Positions 49,801 to 63,215 are shown, counted from the first letter of the stretch. The stretch is DNA of 64,000 nucleotides from Lama guanicoe (GCA_013239625.1 MU053487.1:3245058-3309057); one strand, 5' to 3'. Notes: generated by a model not told the origin, from the sequence alone. A program made the numbers and translations.

Positions 49801-50989
49801 ATAGCTAATAAGGAGATAGTTAAATAATTAAATAATTATAAGTGTGTCTAGTGCCATGAAAAAGTAGCAGGTGCCATGGGAACAGGTATTAGGAGAATCT
49901 AACTTTATTGAGGGAGAGTGGATGTTGTGGGATAAACAGAGACTGCCCTCGGGAGGTGAGGCTCTTCAGGAGACAGGAATATTAGGTGATAATTAGCCGG
50001 GTGGAGTGGGAGGTAGAGGTGATATCGGGGGAAGGTGGCAGAAGGGATCCAGGAGAGGGAGCACTGTATGGAGAGGATCTGGAGGCAGGATGGGAAAGTA
50101 TGGTGTGTCTTGGAAACTGATGGGGGATCACAGCTGGAGCAGAGAGGGTGAGAGGAGGGGACCACTCATAAACAGGGTCTCCATTTGAATAATTGAAAAA
50201 TATAAATAGTAAGAGTTAACATATATATATAGGCTCTGTTCTTTCACATTAAGTTTTTCAGCCAAAATATTTGAAACAAAAGCATATTTTTTATTTAGCA
50301 GCATTGTACTGACGTAGAATTTAATAAGCTAATTAATCATAAAATGAATCGCAATTGGCACTCTTTAACGCATCAGTTAGGCATCAGTGGTTAAGGTTAG
50401 GTATGTCACTGTTGTAATTATTTTGTAATAGTTCCTTATTTATGACTATAATATTCTTATCTTTTGTTAAACAATTAAAACTCAGATGTTGAGTGTTTGG
50501 ATTTATTAGTATAGAAGGTTAACCTTTAGAAATTAGAATCACTTTTGATCTAAATAGCTATTTCTATGATTTATTAGTGCTAAACTGCAATATAAAATTT
50601 TTAGAAATCAAAGTAATTAGGAAAGCCTCTGAAAGGAAAAGAGAAAGAAGCACCTGTAGGACTTAAAGGGATGAACTGTAGAAATGCAGAAAGCTGATTG
50701 AAATTCACTGTCTTAGAAAATGATTTTGTTGTTTGGGGATGCTCTCAAGTTTGTCATCTTCTAGGAGATAAAAAGTATGGGACTTCATTGGCCCTGAGCA
50801 GGACCTAGGTAGAAATACTTGGTATTAAGAGTGACTGGCTTTTTCCTACTGTATGTATAGCACAGTGAACTTTATTTAATGGTTTGTAGTAGCCTGTAAT
50901 GAAAAAGAATATGTCTGTATATGTATAAATGAATCACTATGCTGTACACCAGAAACTAATACAACTCTGTAAGTCAAAAAATAAAAATA

Positions 50990-51139
50990 GGGGGAGGGTA
51001 TAGCTCAGTGGTTGAGCACATGCTTAGCAGGCATGAGGTTCTGGGTTCAATCCTCAGTATTCTCAATTAAAATAAGTAATAATAAATACGTAAATAAACC
51101 TAATTGCTCCCCCCCCCAAAAAAAACAGAAAAAAATAAA
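50990..51139 (+). mobile_element. Full-length camelid SINE next to an L1 3' stub (50840-50985)
   Basis: GGGGGAGGGTATAGCTCAGTGGTTGAGCACATGCTTAGC...GGGTTCAATCCTCAG...AAATAAACCTAATTGCTCCCCCCCCCAAAA. Confidence 0.92.
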
Positions 51140-51510
51140 GTGTTAAAAGAATTTTAAATAAAAATAATTAAAATTAAACTTAGAAAAAGAGAGTGACCTG
51201 CTTTGGATAGTCAAGCAACAGTGCAGGGTCTGTCTCTTGATCTGAAATGAAATACTCAGACCAAATAAACTTTGGCCCCTTTGAAAACTTATGTGGCTCA
51301 GGAAGACACAACACCTGGTGACTAAGGACTGGTTAAACCTTCTCGGTAAGATACTGGTAACTAAAATGAATGAGTTAATCTTGGACTCGTGTTTTTTCAT
51401 AAAAATAAACTGCGGAATTGAACGTATTAACTGAGTATTTAATTTGATTGAGTTAATTTGATTTATCAAGTTTCTTAAACTAGCAGCTTCACCACTTTTT
51501 CAATATTATT

Positions 51511-51590
51511 ATTATTATTTTTTTTAATAGGGGTACTGAGGATTGAACCATGCTCAGCATGTGCTCTACCACTGAGCTGTTTCCCTCCCC
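51511..51590 (-). mobile_element. Camelid SINE with internal deletion
   Basis: GGTACTGAGGATTGAACC|ATGCTCAGCATGTGCTCTACCACTGAGCT, flanked by TTTCAAT(A/G)TTATT repeats. Confidence 0.8.
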
Positions 51591-54560
51591 TTTCAATGTT
51601 ATTTTAATATTTAGCAATGATTTTCTCAGGCAATTAAAAGTTTTACATTGCTTTTTAAAAACTGTTTTTTAATTTTATTTTACTGCGTTATAGTCAGTTT
51701 ACAATGTTGTGTCATGAATTGCTTTTTAAATATTCTGTGCCATAGGCTATGAAGGTAGACATGAGATAGTTTTGGGGAATAGATGATCTACATTTTAATA
51801 TTTTTTGCTTTGTTATAGAATTTGTACCAAATCCCTCATCTTCCATTATTTAGTTCACTTGCTTTTACTCTAAGAAGTCCTTGGATTTCAGTGGGCAGTG
51901 TTCATCGAGTTGCCTGGGTTGTTAAAATGCAACTTCTTGGGCCCTACCTCAGATCTCTTGAATGACCGTCTGTAAGGTCTGGGAATCTGCATTTTAAACT
52001 AGCTTGCAAGTAATTCCTTCACATATTAAAGTTCAAGAACAGATTATCTCTGTAGAATATTTCTTCCAGATTGTGGCCAAGGACATAATACCGTATATGC
52101 TAATATTGCCTGCCTTCATGATGCCTACTTTCCTTTAGATATTAATTTGAATCATTCAGTAATAATCTACAGTTTTCCTTTGCTTTGCATATTTTACCTT
52201 CATGTTTATCTTCATTGATATGAAGACTTCTGTGTAATTTTGATATCTGATGAGGGAGAATTGTAAGCACCATCATCATGTTAGATGCCGCAAGAGCTGA
52301 GGAAATCATGTGGAAAACTAGGGGAAACCTTCCAGGACTAAGATTTGTCAGTTAAGGGTGAAGGTCATAGTGGCATGATCATCCCTCCACCTATAAAAAT
52401 CATACTGTTGGGAGACTGAAACTGAAAAGACGTTGTTATCCCAGGGAAGAGGGGGCTTCTTCTTATAGCCTTGTTTGCTGTATCTGTTCTGGACATAGCC
52501 TGGGGATGTACATTGCTTTAATTTCCCTGTTGGTCATTGAATGATGTGAAATCAATAAAAATCTTCTAAGATTTTGGAAAGGAGTTCCTGCTTCAAACTA
52601 TTTAAAAGTACAGATCTAATTACTTTGATGTGCCTTGGAGTCTTTGTGGCTCCATCAATTCAATCCACCAGATTAGAAGTTCCCTGAAAGTCAATAATCT
52701 TGCCATATATAGCTTGTCATATTCTGTGGCACCTAGTTCTAGATCTCATATAATATGACTTAATTGTTGAATGAATAAGTTGTGTGTCTAATTCCTAGTA
52801 GGGATTTCTCTCTTTGCATTCTTTATTTTAGATATTCTTTACATTACATACATTTAACTCAATTGGCATTTATATATATGTCTTTTTAGCAAGCAATTCT
52901 TATGTGGCCTGGATTTCTCAGAAGAATAAAACACATGGCCTGTTGGTATAGTCATTTTGCTTTGGGGGTTGATGTGTGACTGGTTAAACTAAACAGAACA
53001 AAACTTCCTTAGGCCCCCTCTTTGTGGATCACAGTGTGGTAATGTTACCTAGAATCTGGAGCGTCCCTGGTTCTTTGTCTACAGAGTTGAAACTGCCTGT
53101 CTCCCGCTGGAGGTGGGGAGTGGTAATGGCCTGGCTTCCAGGGTGGGAAGAAGGGATCTGGGAATCTTATTCTGCCTTATATGAACTTTCAGCCAGTTTT
53201 CCTGTGTTCAGCCCTTTCCTTCAGTCTCGCCTCACCTCCCCTTATGTGGCCCTTGGTATATGTTTTCTGAGCCTTTCTCAAGCTCTAGGTAGGAATCTAC
53301 TTAATTTTCTAATTGGCATACCTCCTCTGCAGGCACTAAAGTTTCAGATTTCTCCGCTCTGTATAGTCAGTTACTTTTTCTGCTTTCTCTCTTCCAGAAA
53401 ATTAGTGCTCTCTTCTTATCTTCTTTCTTGTTTTCTTTTTTATTCTGGGTTTATGCCCTTTTTATCAAGTTTATCAAGTTTACCAAATTAGTGGATTTCA
53501 AGTGAGAGCTAAAGTAAACAAGTGTTCAGTCCTCTCATGTTTTCAAGGATTCCATGTAGACCACTTCTTTCCATCTATTTGGAAGTATATTTTTCTTCTT
53601 AAGTGTGTGAAATAAAAAGCACCCACCAGGCCATGTTTTCAACAGAAGTGTTTGTTTTAATTTTAGTCTCAAATATTGAGGTCTTGTGCTAAGAAAATGG
53701 GCATCCAGTCATTTCAGTGCAGTTTATGTACCAGACTCCTTAGCACAATTTTTAATATTGGAGATTGTTTTATTTTGGTTCTGTGATCTTTATGGGCCAT
53801 TGTACTGTCAGAAATCTTACTGATGTCCTGCAAACTTTAAAAAAAAATTAGTCATCAGTTATGGTAGATAGCATTCAGTGATTTTAATGACTATATGGGT
53901 GTTTTTTCCCTCCCTCTCCCTAATTTTTAGTGGGAGCATTATTTCCCATCCTGGGAGAACAGAATTGATAATACATCTGGGCTGCTGTTTAAAGAGAAGT
54001 GCCATTTTTATTCTTCTCATATTTTTCTTTGCCTTCCTTATTTTATTTCTGTTATTTATTAACCTGGAACATAATTTTAACTCATTAATTTGCATATACA
54101 TGTGATATTTACTTTCCAAGTTTTCTTCTGTAATTTGACCTACATTTAAATTGTTTTTATGTCTTTATTCATACAACATTGCATACTGAGAGGTTTTGGA
54201 AGCCTAATTGGTTAGTGATATCTTATACTAAAGAATTATTGATGGGCATGGTTTTCTTAGGGATTCTTCAGAGGTGATTAAAAATCCTGTTACCTTTTTC
54301 ATATTCTCATTAGAAGTCTAAAAGAGATGCTGGTGTAACACTGTTATTTGGGTATTAGTGGGCTGCTTTCTGTTTTAGAGTAGAATTGAGGGTAAGTTAT
54401 TAATTTTAAACTTCTCTATTTCCTTATATTTGCTATCTTTTCCTTTCTTTCCTACACAGCTAAGTTTATGAAAAGGTTTATATGTGCTTTGATTTCAAAA
54501 TGGCTCTGAATTATATTGAATGAGTTAAAAATTATGGAAAACTGTGTCTTCTCTTTTCAG

Positions 54561-54702
54561 GTTCTGTTCTGGATATTATTAAGCACATTGTGGCAAAGGG
54601 GGAACATAAAAGTGGAGTCCTAGATGAAGCTACCATTGCTACAATACTCAGAGAAGTGCTGGAGGGGTTGGAATACCTGCATAAAAATGGACAGATTCAC
54701 AG
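54561..54702 (+). CDS. OXSR1: OXSR1 exon 4 (142 nt, ends at H-R of the HRD motif); gene continues beyond the window
   Basis: CTTTTCAG| acceptor. [55 protein letters not shown] donor. Confidence 0.97.
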
Positions 54703-55005
54703 GTATGTAAATGACAACACTCTTCTCTTTTGGATAAGTGCAGTGATAATTGTGCTGTATCATTTCCTTGAGGCCATTCCCCATTCTTTTGCACAATTAG
54801 TCATAATCTCTTGAGTGTTAACATGGTTCTTTGTATTACTAATTCCAGTACATTGTGGTTACAAAGCTAGTAAGTATTTTAAAAGCAACAAATACCTCAG
54901 TCAAATTAGAAAATACAAAACCAGGAAAAAATTCCTAATTTCCTGTCAGGAGTCAGTCATTGCAATCACTGATAACATTTTGGAATATTCCTTTCCAGTT
55001 TCTTT

Positions 55006-55125
55006 CTTTCCTTTTTTCTTTTTCTTTTTTTTTTTTTTTTTAAAAGATGAGTTGGAGCTTGAACCCAGGACCTGGTGCATGCTAAGCATGTGCTCTACCA
55101 CTGACCTCTGCCCCCTCCCCCCACC
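55006..55125 (-). mobile_element. Camelid SINE with TSD
   Basis: Poly(T), TTGAACCCAGGACCTGGTGCATGCTAAGCATGTGCTCTACCACTGA. CCAGTTTCTTT on both sides. Confidence 0.88.
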
Positions 55126-55469
55126 CCAGTTTCTTTTATATACTTAAAATTATTTAAAACAAAATGGTATATATAATTTTGTCTGTTGCTTTTTGTTTCT
55201 TTTATGTTGTATCTTGAGTATTTTTTCAAATTATTAAAAGTTCTTTGTAAAATACCTTTTTTAAATTAAAATTTATTTTTTTAAATAAAAGAATACTTGA
55301 AAAGCTGTATAACATTTCATGGTTCAGGTGTTTCTGGCTATTTTTATCTGTTCAGTTCCTGAGTATAGATAACAAGAATTCAAATGGTGATAGATTCAGT
55401 GTTAATACACATTTGTTTAGTCCCTGCATTTGGTTTTCCTTCATTTGAGGATAACTTTATATCCTGATT

Positions 55470-57045
55470 ATTTCCCTGGATATAAGAATTGGTAGTTGAC
55501 AGTTCTTTTCTTTCAACACCTGAGAGACTCTGTGCTGCTTTTTCTGGCCTTCATGTTTTCAGATGAGAAATCTGTCATGTGAGTTGAAATTCTGTAGGCA
55601 ATCTGTTGTTTTTCTGTGGCTATTTTCAAGATTGTTTCTTTGTCTTTGATTTTCAGAAGTTTAATTATGATATCTCTTTGTGTGGATTTCTTTAGGTCTA
55701 TCCTGTTTGGGATTCTCAAACTTCTTGAATATGTAGGTTTTTGTCTTTCAGCAAATTTGGGAAGTTTTCAGTCATTATTTCTTTGACTACCTTTGCAACC
55801 CATTTTCCCTCCTCTTTTTCTGGGACTCTAATGATAGAAATGTTAGATGTTTTGTTATTGAACCATAATCCTTGAGACTCAGTTCGGTTTGTTTGAATAA
55901 GTTTTCTTGGCTTATTTTCAAGTTTGCTGACTGTCTTCTGTCCTCTCCATTCTACTCTAGAACTCATTCACTGAGTTTTTTATTTCAATTAGTGTAGGTT
56001 TTTAGTTCTATAACTCATTTTTTTATAGCTTTCTTTATTTTTTGCTAAGATTTTGTTTTTCATTGGTTTTCAGAATTCCAAATTGCATATTAGAAGCATT
56101 TTTATGATGGCTGCTTTAAAACTCTTGTCAGATAATTCCAACATCTGATTCATCTTGGTGTTGAGAGTGTCTTTTCTTATTGAAGTTTTTGCTGGTTTTT
56201 GGTATGCTGAGTGATTTTTTTAAAAAGCTGTATCATGAATGTTTTGGATTTTATGTTAGGAGACTCTTGATCCTATTGAAATAATAATATGTTGAAATAA
56301 TCTATTTTAGCTGGCAATTGACCTGAGTTTTAGAGCCTTTGCAGTGGTGTTCTGGTTTATTTTGTTCACGTGGCACTGCTGGGGCTCTCTATTCAGTCCC
56401 TGCTGATGCCACCCATGGGAGCAGAGTGCACTTCCCCAGGCCTGGTGCTGCTATGTGAAAGGTGGGAGATAGTGGCAGAGCCTGTGGGTCTATGAGCACT
56501 TCCTCGGGCTCACCCTGTGGGCCAGGCCACCTCATGCCAGTTGGACTCCCATTCATTCTCTGGTATTACCTGTGGACATGAAAGGTACTTCTCTGGGCCA
56601 CGTTTTGCTACTGGGTGGGGAGTTGGGAGACCCTGTGCTGAGTCTTCCTTTGCCACTGTATGGAGAACCAAGAGGTGCCAGGCCTGGGTCACTCTCTGCT
56701 GCTGGGTGGAAGAATGGGAGATAGCAGCTGGGCTCACTGTTGATGCTGCTGTAAGCAGCATGGGCCTATCTCCTGCACTAGACATGGTTTGAGTGGTGGA
56801 GTTCCCTGCCTGGTCTGTGTTGGCATCTCTGGTTCCGGCATGGTGGGCAAGCCTGCCGCTCCAGCTATGTGGTTGGGGATAGGATCCCTGCTAGGTCTGA
56901 GCTGTACTGCCCTTTTCCTGATCCTTTGGCCACAGAGAACAGGCTTGGAGCTTTTTTTTGGTCTATGCCTGTTGACAGTTCTGGGTTGCAAAACTATAAT
57001 ACCCAGTCCAGAGTATATGAGATTAAAAGAAAACTCAGGGACATG
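55470..57045 (-). mobile_element. Old L1M 5' region and ORF1
   Basis: Minus ORFs 55513-55967 (RIPNRIDLKKSTQRDIIIKLLKIKDKETILK; EIMTENFPNL) are L1 ORF1p remnants, preceded by a GC-richer 5' region. Confidence 0.8.
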
Positions 57046-57049
57046 GTAC

Positions 57050-57730
57050 AGTGCTGTGTGAAAGCGGACTTGGGTTAGTTTTAAATGTATATAGTGAATT
57101 CTAGGGCAGCTACTGGAAAGGGGAAAAAAGAAGAATTAATACGCTAAGAGAGGAGAGAAAAATAAAATCATATAAAATGCTCAGTTGAAATCAAAGAAGG
57201 TAGAAAAAGAGTGGAAGAACACAACAAAATATAATCTTAAAAATCACCTACTTGTAAGGAACAACAAAAGAAGAACAGGCTAAGCCCAGAGTTAGCAGGT
57301 GGAAATTAAATACCTACATCAGAGTGTAAATATATGAAATACAAACTAAAAAGACAACCAGACAGATCAGTGAAACTAAGAATTAGTTTCTTTCCCCTTT
57401 CCTGGGGGTGTGGGAAGGGGAAATTAGGTAGGTTTGTTTGTTTGTTTATTTGTTTGTTTATCCTAGTGAAGGTACCGGCCATTGAACCCAGAACCTCGTG
57501 CATGCTAAGCACGCAATCTACAACTCAGCTATACCTTCCCCTCCAGAACTGGTTTCTTAGAAAGATAAATAGACTAGACTGTTACCTAGATTCACCAAGG
57601 AAAAAAGAGGATTCAAATAAGTAAAATCAGAAATTAACAAGAAGACATTACAATTGATAGTACAAAAATACAAGGGATCATAAGAGACTACAATGAGCAA
57701 TTATACGCTAACAAATTGGACCAACTATCA
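57050..57730 (+). mobile_element. L1 inter-ORF and ORF2 fragment, containing a SINE
   Basis: TGGTTTCTTAGAAAGATAAATAGACTAGAC...CAAATAAGTAAAATCAGAAAT...GGGATCATAAGAGACTACAATGAGCAATTATACGCTAACAAATTGGA. Confidence 0.8.
57393..57544 (-). mobile_element. Full-length camelid SINE with TSD
   Basis: AATTAGGT...(TTTG)n...ATTGAACCCAGAACCTCGTGCATGCTAAGC...CTCAGCTATACC. AGAATTAGTTTCTT / AGAACTGGTTTCTT flanks. Confidence 0.88.
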
Positions 57731-58548
57731 CCTTGTAAAACTGAGATCTTAAAGAGTAATCAGAATATGGAGGGAAAAAGCAAGATATCTCCTCCCCTCT
57801 ACACACAAACTTGGATTACATTTTCCTGAGAACAGAAGCATTTTAAAGAAAAATCAATATATAATAGATGACATCAGCCACCTATAAAAATATCTCATTC
57901 AAGGAAAAAATGGATAATTCTTTCTAGCGGTTTAAATTTTCAACCTCCTAAGTCTTACAAAGGAAACTTTCTCTTTATAGGGATAAAGGAGAGCAATTGA
58001 GTCTAAGGAATAATATGTAAACTAGTAATCTTGGAAACACTGATGAAGGTATATTTTTAAGACAATAGGATGTTTCATCTAAAATTGTACCTAATCAATT
58101 ATTTTGTACCTAGTTAAAATAATGTGTTAACACATGACTGAAAAGGAGACATGACCAAAGAGTAAACAATTTGGAAATTGATTTCTCACGCTGTCAAGAA
58201 GAAAAAGTGCCCTGAAAAATAGGATTCCTGTCCTTTGAATGGTGATAACCTGTGGATACATACTTCAATACTAACAATGAGTATAATTCAGTTACTACCT
58301 CAGTTCTGACTCCATATTCATCAAGCAGTCCTCTAGAAAGGAATGTGCCAGAGACTGCTAATTGGCCTCTAATATGTCTCCCCTTCTTTTAGAATTTTTT
58401 TTAAATGGCATTTTTTTACTGGGCACATGACCATCCAGAAGAAAGGCCACATTTCATAATCTCCCAAGCAGCCCAGATATGACCGTGTGATTTAATTTTC
58501 AGCCACTGTGATGAGAACAAAAGTGTGTACTGTTTCCAAGCTGTGCCC

Positions 58549-58748
58549 TTAATTGGTTTTATCAGCCGCAGCACTACTGACATCTGGGCGGGGCAGTCCT
58601 TTGCTGCAGGGGCTGTCCTGTGCACAGTAGAATGTGTCGAGCAGCATATCTGGCTTCTACCTGTTACATGCCAGGGGCACCTCCCCCGGTGCCCATTGTC
58701 ACAACCAAAATGTCTCTAGACATTGCCACATATCCTGAGAACTACTGC
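58549..58748. mobile_element. MER20 (hAT-Charlie) DNA transposon inside an MLT1-like LTR (~58400-58970)
   Basis: GCACTACTGACATCTGGG...GGGGCTGTCCTGTGCAC...ACAACCAAAATGTCTCTAGACATTGCCA...TGAGAACTACTG. Confidence 0.85.
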
Positions 58749-58975
58749 TGATAGAAAGTGGCATAATCTCTATTTGCCCTTTCCTTCCTTCTGTTGAAAT
58801 GTGGATGTGATAGTAAAGCATCTTGTACTAAAGTGACAAGAACGGAGAGATGGTAGAGCAGTAAAATGTGAGACACTGAGTCACTGACTGTGCAGTCTCC
58901 ATCCTGATGTCTGTCACTCATGCCCTGACTATTACGTGAGAGGAAAAAAAATTTTTTTTCAGCCATATGGATCAT

Positions 58976-59168
58976 CAGTGATTGACAAACTCTGGCCCAC
59001 AGGCTGAATCCAGCCTGATACCTATTTTTCTGTTTTTGTTTCTTTTTTAAAACACAGCCATACCCATTCATTTACCAATTGTCAATGGCTGGTTTTCGCA
59101 CTGCAGTGATAAAGTAGTGGTGACAGAGAACATCTGGGCCACAAAGCCTAAAATATTTACTATTGGTG
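58976..59168. mobile_element. MER58-type DNA transposon, split by an L1
   Basis: CAGTGATTGACAAACTCTGGCCCACAGG...CACAGCCATACCCATTCATTTAC...GGCCACAAAGCCTAAAATATTTACTAT. The terminal piece resumes at ~59656-59673. Confidence 0.8.
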
Positions 59169-59174
59169 TATGTG

Positions 59175-59655
59175 TAAGTGGAATACTACTCAGCCGTAAA
59201 AAGGATAAAATAATGCCATTTGCAGCAACATGGATAGAACTGGAGATGGTCATTCTAAGTGGAGTAAGCCAGAAAGAGAAAGAACAATACCATATGATAC
59301 CACTTATATGTGGAATCTTAAAAAAAAAAAAAGACAAATGAACTTATTTACAAAACAGAAAAAGACTCACAGACATAGAAAACAAACTTATGGTTACCAG
59401 GGGAAAAGGGGTAGGAAGGAATAAGTTGGGAGTTTGAGATTTGCAGGTACTAACTACTATATATAAAATAGATATTTCTTCTTATAACACAGGAGACTAT
59501 ATTTAATATCTTGTAGTAAGCTATAATGAAGAAGAATATGAAAATGAATATATGTATGTATATGTAAGACTGAAACGTTATGCTGTACACCAGAAATTGA
59601 TACAACATTGTAAACTGACTATACTACAATAAAAAATAAAAACATTAAAAAAAAA
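59175..59655 (+). mobile_element. 5'-truncated younger L1 (ORF2 end, 3' UTR, poly(A))
   Basis: GGAATACTACTCAGCCGTAAAAAG...ATGCCATTTGCAGCAACATGGATAGAACTGGAG...GTAAACTGACTATACTACAATAAAAAATAAA. Confidence 0.92.
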
Positions 59656-60472
59656 GAAAATGTCGACCTCTAGTGTAAATAATACTGACAGCTAAGCATG
59701 CATGGAAACTTGTGAATACTAAGCTAAATACTATTCTAAATGCATTTTCTACCTGACCTCATTTAATCTTCACAATTTTATAAATTGGTACTATTTATAG
59801 GCACAGAGCTGGGGTCTGAATTTAGGCAGCCTGCTTCCAAAGCTGCCTAGGAAAGTTTGTGCTGATCAGTGAAACTGGGCTTACATTGGTTCAATATCAG
59901 TTATAGCTTTTAGTTACTAACTCAACAGAATTTAGATCTGCCACTGAATTACTCTTTAAATATGCCATGTGTTGTTTTCTTTCATTTAATATATCCATCT
60001 CTCTTTTTAAAAGCCAGAATCTTCACTTCAGAACATGGATAGAAGTATATTCTTTTTCCTAAACCTTTACATATGCAGACTTTTTATAGTTAATAGTAAA
60101 ATTAACCTGAAATATACATTAAGTCCACTGTCTATTTTAGAAAACAGTAACTAATTCATATCAAGTTCAGGCACAAATTCAATCTGTGCTCAATTTTGTA
60201 TGACTGAAACATCTACTTTGTTAAATATATAAGCTCTCATTTGGCTAAATGAATAAAAGGGACAGAAAAAATATTGAAAGAAGTAATGGCCCGGAACTTC
60301 CAAATGTGAGGAAGAACATTAATTACAAATTTAAGAAACTTAACGAACCACAATTAAGAGAAACACAAAGAGATCTCTACATAGACACATCATAATCACA
60401 CTATTGAAGCCTAAACCCAAAGAGAGTATCTTGAAGTCAGCAAAAGGAAAACAACTTACCATGGAGGGGGAG

Positions 60473-60832
60473 TGCTATAGACTGAATGTTTATGTCCCCT
60501 CCAAATTCATACATTGACACCCAAACCTCAGTGTGGTGGTATTGGAGGCGGGGCCTTTGGGAGGTAATTAGGTCATGAGGGAGAGCCCACATGAATGGGA
60601 TTAGCGTCCTTATTAAAAAGACCCCAGAGAACTCCTTTGCCCCTTTTGCCATGTGAAGACACAGCATGAAGGTAGTCACCTCTGAACAGGGAAGCACATT
60701 CTCACCAACACCAAACCTGCCACTGCTTTGATTTGGGACTTTCCAGCCTCCAGAACGGTGAGAAGTGAGCACTGGTTGTGTAAGTCACCCAGTCTGGTAT
60801 TTTTGTTATAGCAGCGCAAACAGACTAAGACG
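60473..60832 (+). mobile_element. MLT1A/B-type MaLR solo LTR inserted in an L1 ORF1 fragment (60255-60900)
   Basis: TGCTATAGACTGAATGTTTATGTCCCCTCCAAATTCATA...GACTTTCCAGCCTCCAGAAC...TTTGTTATAGCAGC...GACTAAGAC. Near-TSD GGGAG/GAGAG. Confidence 0.9.
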
Positions 60833-61474
60833 GAGAGCATCAGTGTGATGAGGAGCTGACTTCACATCAAAACAGTGGAGGCCAGAAGTCAGTGGGAAAG
60901 AGCCCTGTAACCCTAGTGACACCTTTGAACTACAGTCCCCCGGGATTGAAGATATGTTATGGGTACATACAGGTTCAGGATTGTTATCTTCCTGGTGAAT
61001 TACTCCTTTTTCTGTTGTATAATGACCCTTTTTATTCTTGGAAATGCTTTTGTATTAAAGACAATTAGGTCTTGTTTTAATATGGCTACACTGGCTTACC
61101 TTTTGGTAAGTGTATCTTTCATTGTGGTCCAGTCTTCCTAGGGTCCTGGCTTTATGAAGGGGTCTCAGTTCTATCTCTCAACCTTAAAGCAGCCCAGTGT
61201 CAGGTTTTTTGTTTAGGGTTGGAATTTAAAGCTGTTTGGGGCAGTAGGTCTGACTCTTGTGTATCCTTTTCATTTCTGAAACTGGAGGATTTCCTTTTCT
61301 TTATTTCATCTTCAGTTCTGTGACAGTCCCCTCACTCACCAATTTATCCAGCATTTCTTTGTGTTTGTAGCAGGGGGAGGTGTGTCTTGGGGCAAAGGAC
61401 TGGGTAGTAAGTGAAGAAAACTTGTTTCCCACGTTGCTGGAATGGAAATTCTCTTACAAGTTAAATCAGAGATC

Positions 61475-61632
61475 CTCATATTGGAATCACCTGGAAAACT
61501 TAAATTAAGTACTGATTCTTGGATCCACTGCCAGAAATTCATTTAGTTGGTCTGGGATGTGGCCTTGGCATTGGGACTTTTAAATGCTCCTGCAGAGATT
61601 CTAATGTGCTGCCGACACTGAGAACCACTCGT
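61475..61632. mobile_element. MER5A-type DNA transposon
   Basis: TTGGAATCACCTGGAAAACTT...GGTCTGGGATGTGGCCTTGGCAT...GATTCTAATGTGC...TGAGAACCACT. Similar remnants near 15230-15310 and 51895-52040. Confidence 0.75.
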
Positions 61633-62704
61633 TGCACTTGTGCTGAGATGCACTGAGACTTCAGCAGGCTTGAGAGAAAGTTGTTTTTAGTAGGAAACAC
61701 AGATGGATGTTTTTAGTAGGTTTTGCTACTTCTCATACCCTTAGAGTCCAATTGTTATTTCAGGTAAATTTGTGTCGGCCTGGTGCATCAGGTCAAGTAA
61801 CTTTCCTCCATCTCTGCTGTGTTTCCTCCTTGACCCTCTAGGCTTTAGAGGTTTTGACTAGAGTGAACAGGTCTCTAAAATTAGACTTCTACTTTTCCCT
61901 CTGTATCTACCCACACAAATATGTTTTTCCTTTTTAAAGGGGTTAGCTTTAACAGAAAGGGTAGATATTTAGTCAGTTTAAGATGCCTAAATGTAGTGTG
62001 TTTTCCAGCTTTTGTTTTGATTCGTTTCTTTTCTTGGTCTTCTTCAATTTTTCCATAAACTTTGCCTATTGATGAGTCATAAAAATGTAATGGGGAAAAT
62101 CTTGTGTTGTACTAGTGAGAAAGTCAAGTGTGTCTATGATACTCCTTTTAATTTTAAAAGGAATTTGTAACTTTGGTGTAGCAGTGACATGTGAGAAATG
62201 GCACTAAGGTGTGAAAAACAACTCACTGTTCCTGTGTTTCCAGGTGGCTGGAATGTTTAATTGTTGGGGCTGCTGGGTTGCTTGATATTCTTTGTGGTGG
62301 AGTCAAAAAGGTTCTTTAATTAAGGACTACTGTATTGATTTCCAGATACTTAGTTATAGATCTTTTTCTCGAAAGGTCAGTGGTCCTATTGTGTGTGAGG
62401 ATGGACTGTGGTGCGTTTGATTGTCCAGTGAGTCATTTCACTTCACGATATTCCTCTGCTTTTACTCTTGGAAGCTGTCCTGGGGATGGCATTTTTGATT
62501 TGAAAAGGGAAACATAAATTGATTATCTGAGGAATTGATCAGGAAAAATAGTTACCCAAAGAGTAGGCTTCACAGAAAATGGGTTACTGTCTCTTCACTT
62601 AAGATAAAAACTTAGAAAACATTATTTGAATAGGTGATGCAAATACGTGGCTGAAAAATTCAGATGATGCAAAATGGTGTATGATAAAAAGCAAGTCTTC
62701 TCAG

Positions 62705-63215
62705 TATCAGCTGGGCTAAATCATGTTGATACTGTGTACCCTGGATATGATGTATGTGATGAAAATGGCACTTTACTTCTGTGGTTTTCCTTCCCAAAGC
62801 TCATAACACCATTCTAATAATGAGGGAAACATCTTACAAATTCGATTAGAGGAGTATCCTGCAAGCTTCTTGACCATTACTCCTCAAAACTGTCAAGGTC
62901 ATTAAAAATAGGGAAAGTCAAAGACACTGTCACAGACAAGAGGACCCCCTAAGGAGACATGACAGCTAAATGGAATACAGTATCTTGGGAAAGAAAAAGG
63001 ACATTAGGTTAAAACTACAAAATCTGAATAAATTGTAGACCCTAGTTAATAGTAATGCATCATTACTGGTTCATTAATGTGGCAAAAGAACCATACTAAT
63101 GTATGCTGTTGGTAATAGGGGAAACTGAGTGCCAGGTATACAGGAATGCTTAGACACTATCGTCTCCATTGTTATGTAAATCTAACCGTTCTGAAAAATA
63201 GAGCATTAAAAAAAA
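62705..63215 (+). mobile_element. L1MC-type 3' UTR fragment
   Basis: TGACCATTACTCCTCAAAACTGTCAAGGTCAT...GGAGACATGACAGCTAAATG...AATAGGGGAAACTG...TGTAAATCTAA, A-tail. Confidence 0.8.

Noticed and set aside
53024..53491. 155-aa hydrophobic intronic ORF and similar F/L-rich ORFs (26573, 12725, 53878)
   Set aside because: T-rich or antisense-L1 sequence yields hydrophobic pseudo-ORFs; no splice context or recognisable homology.
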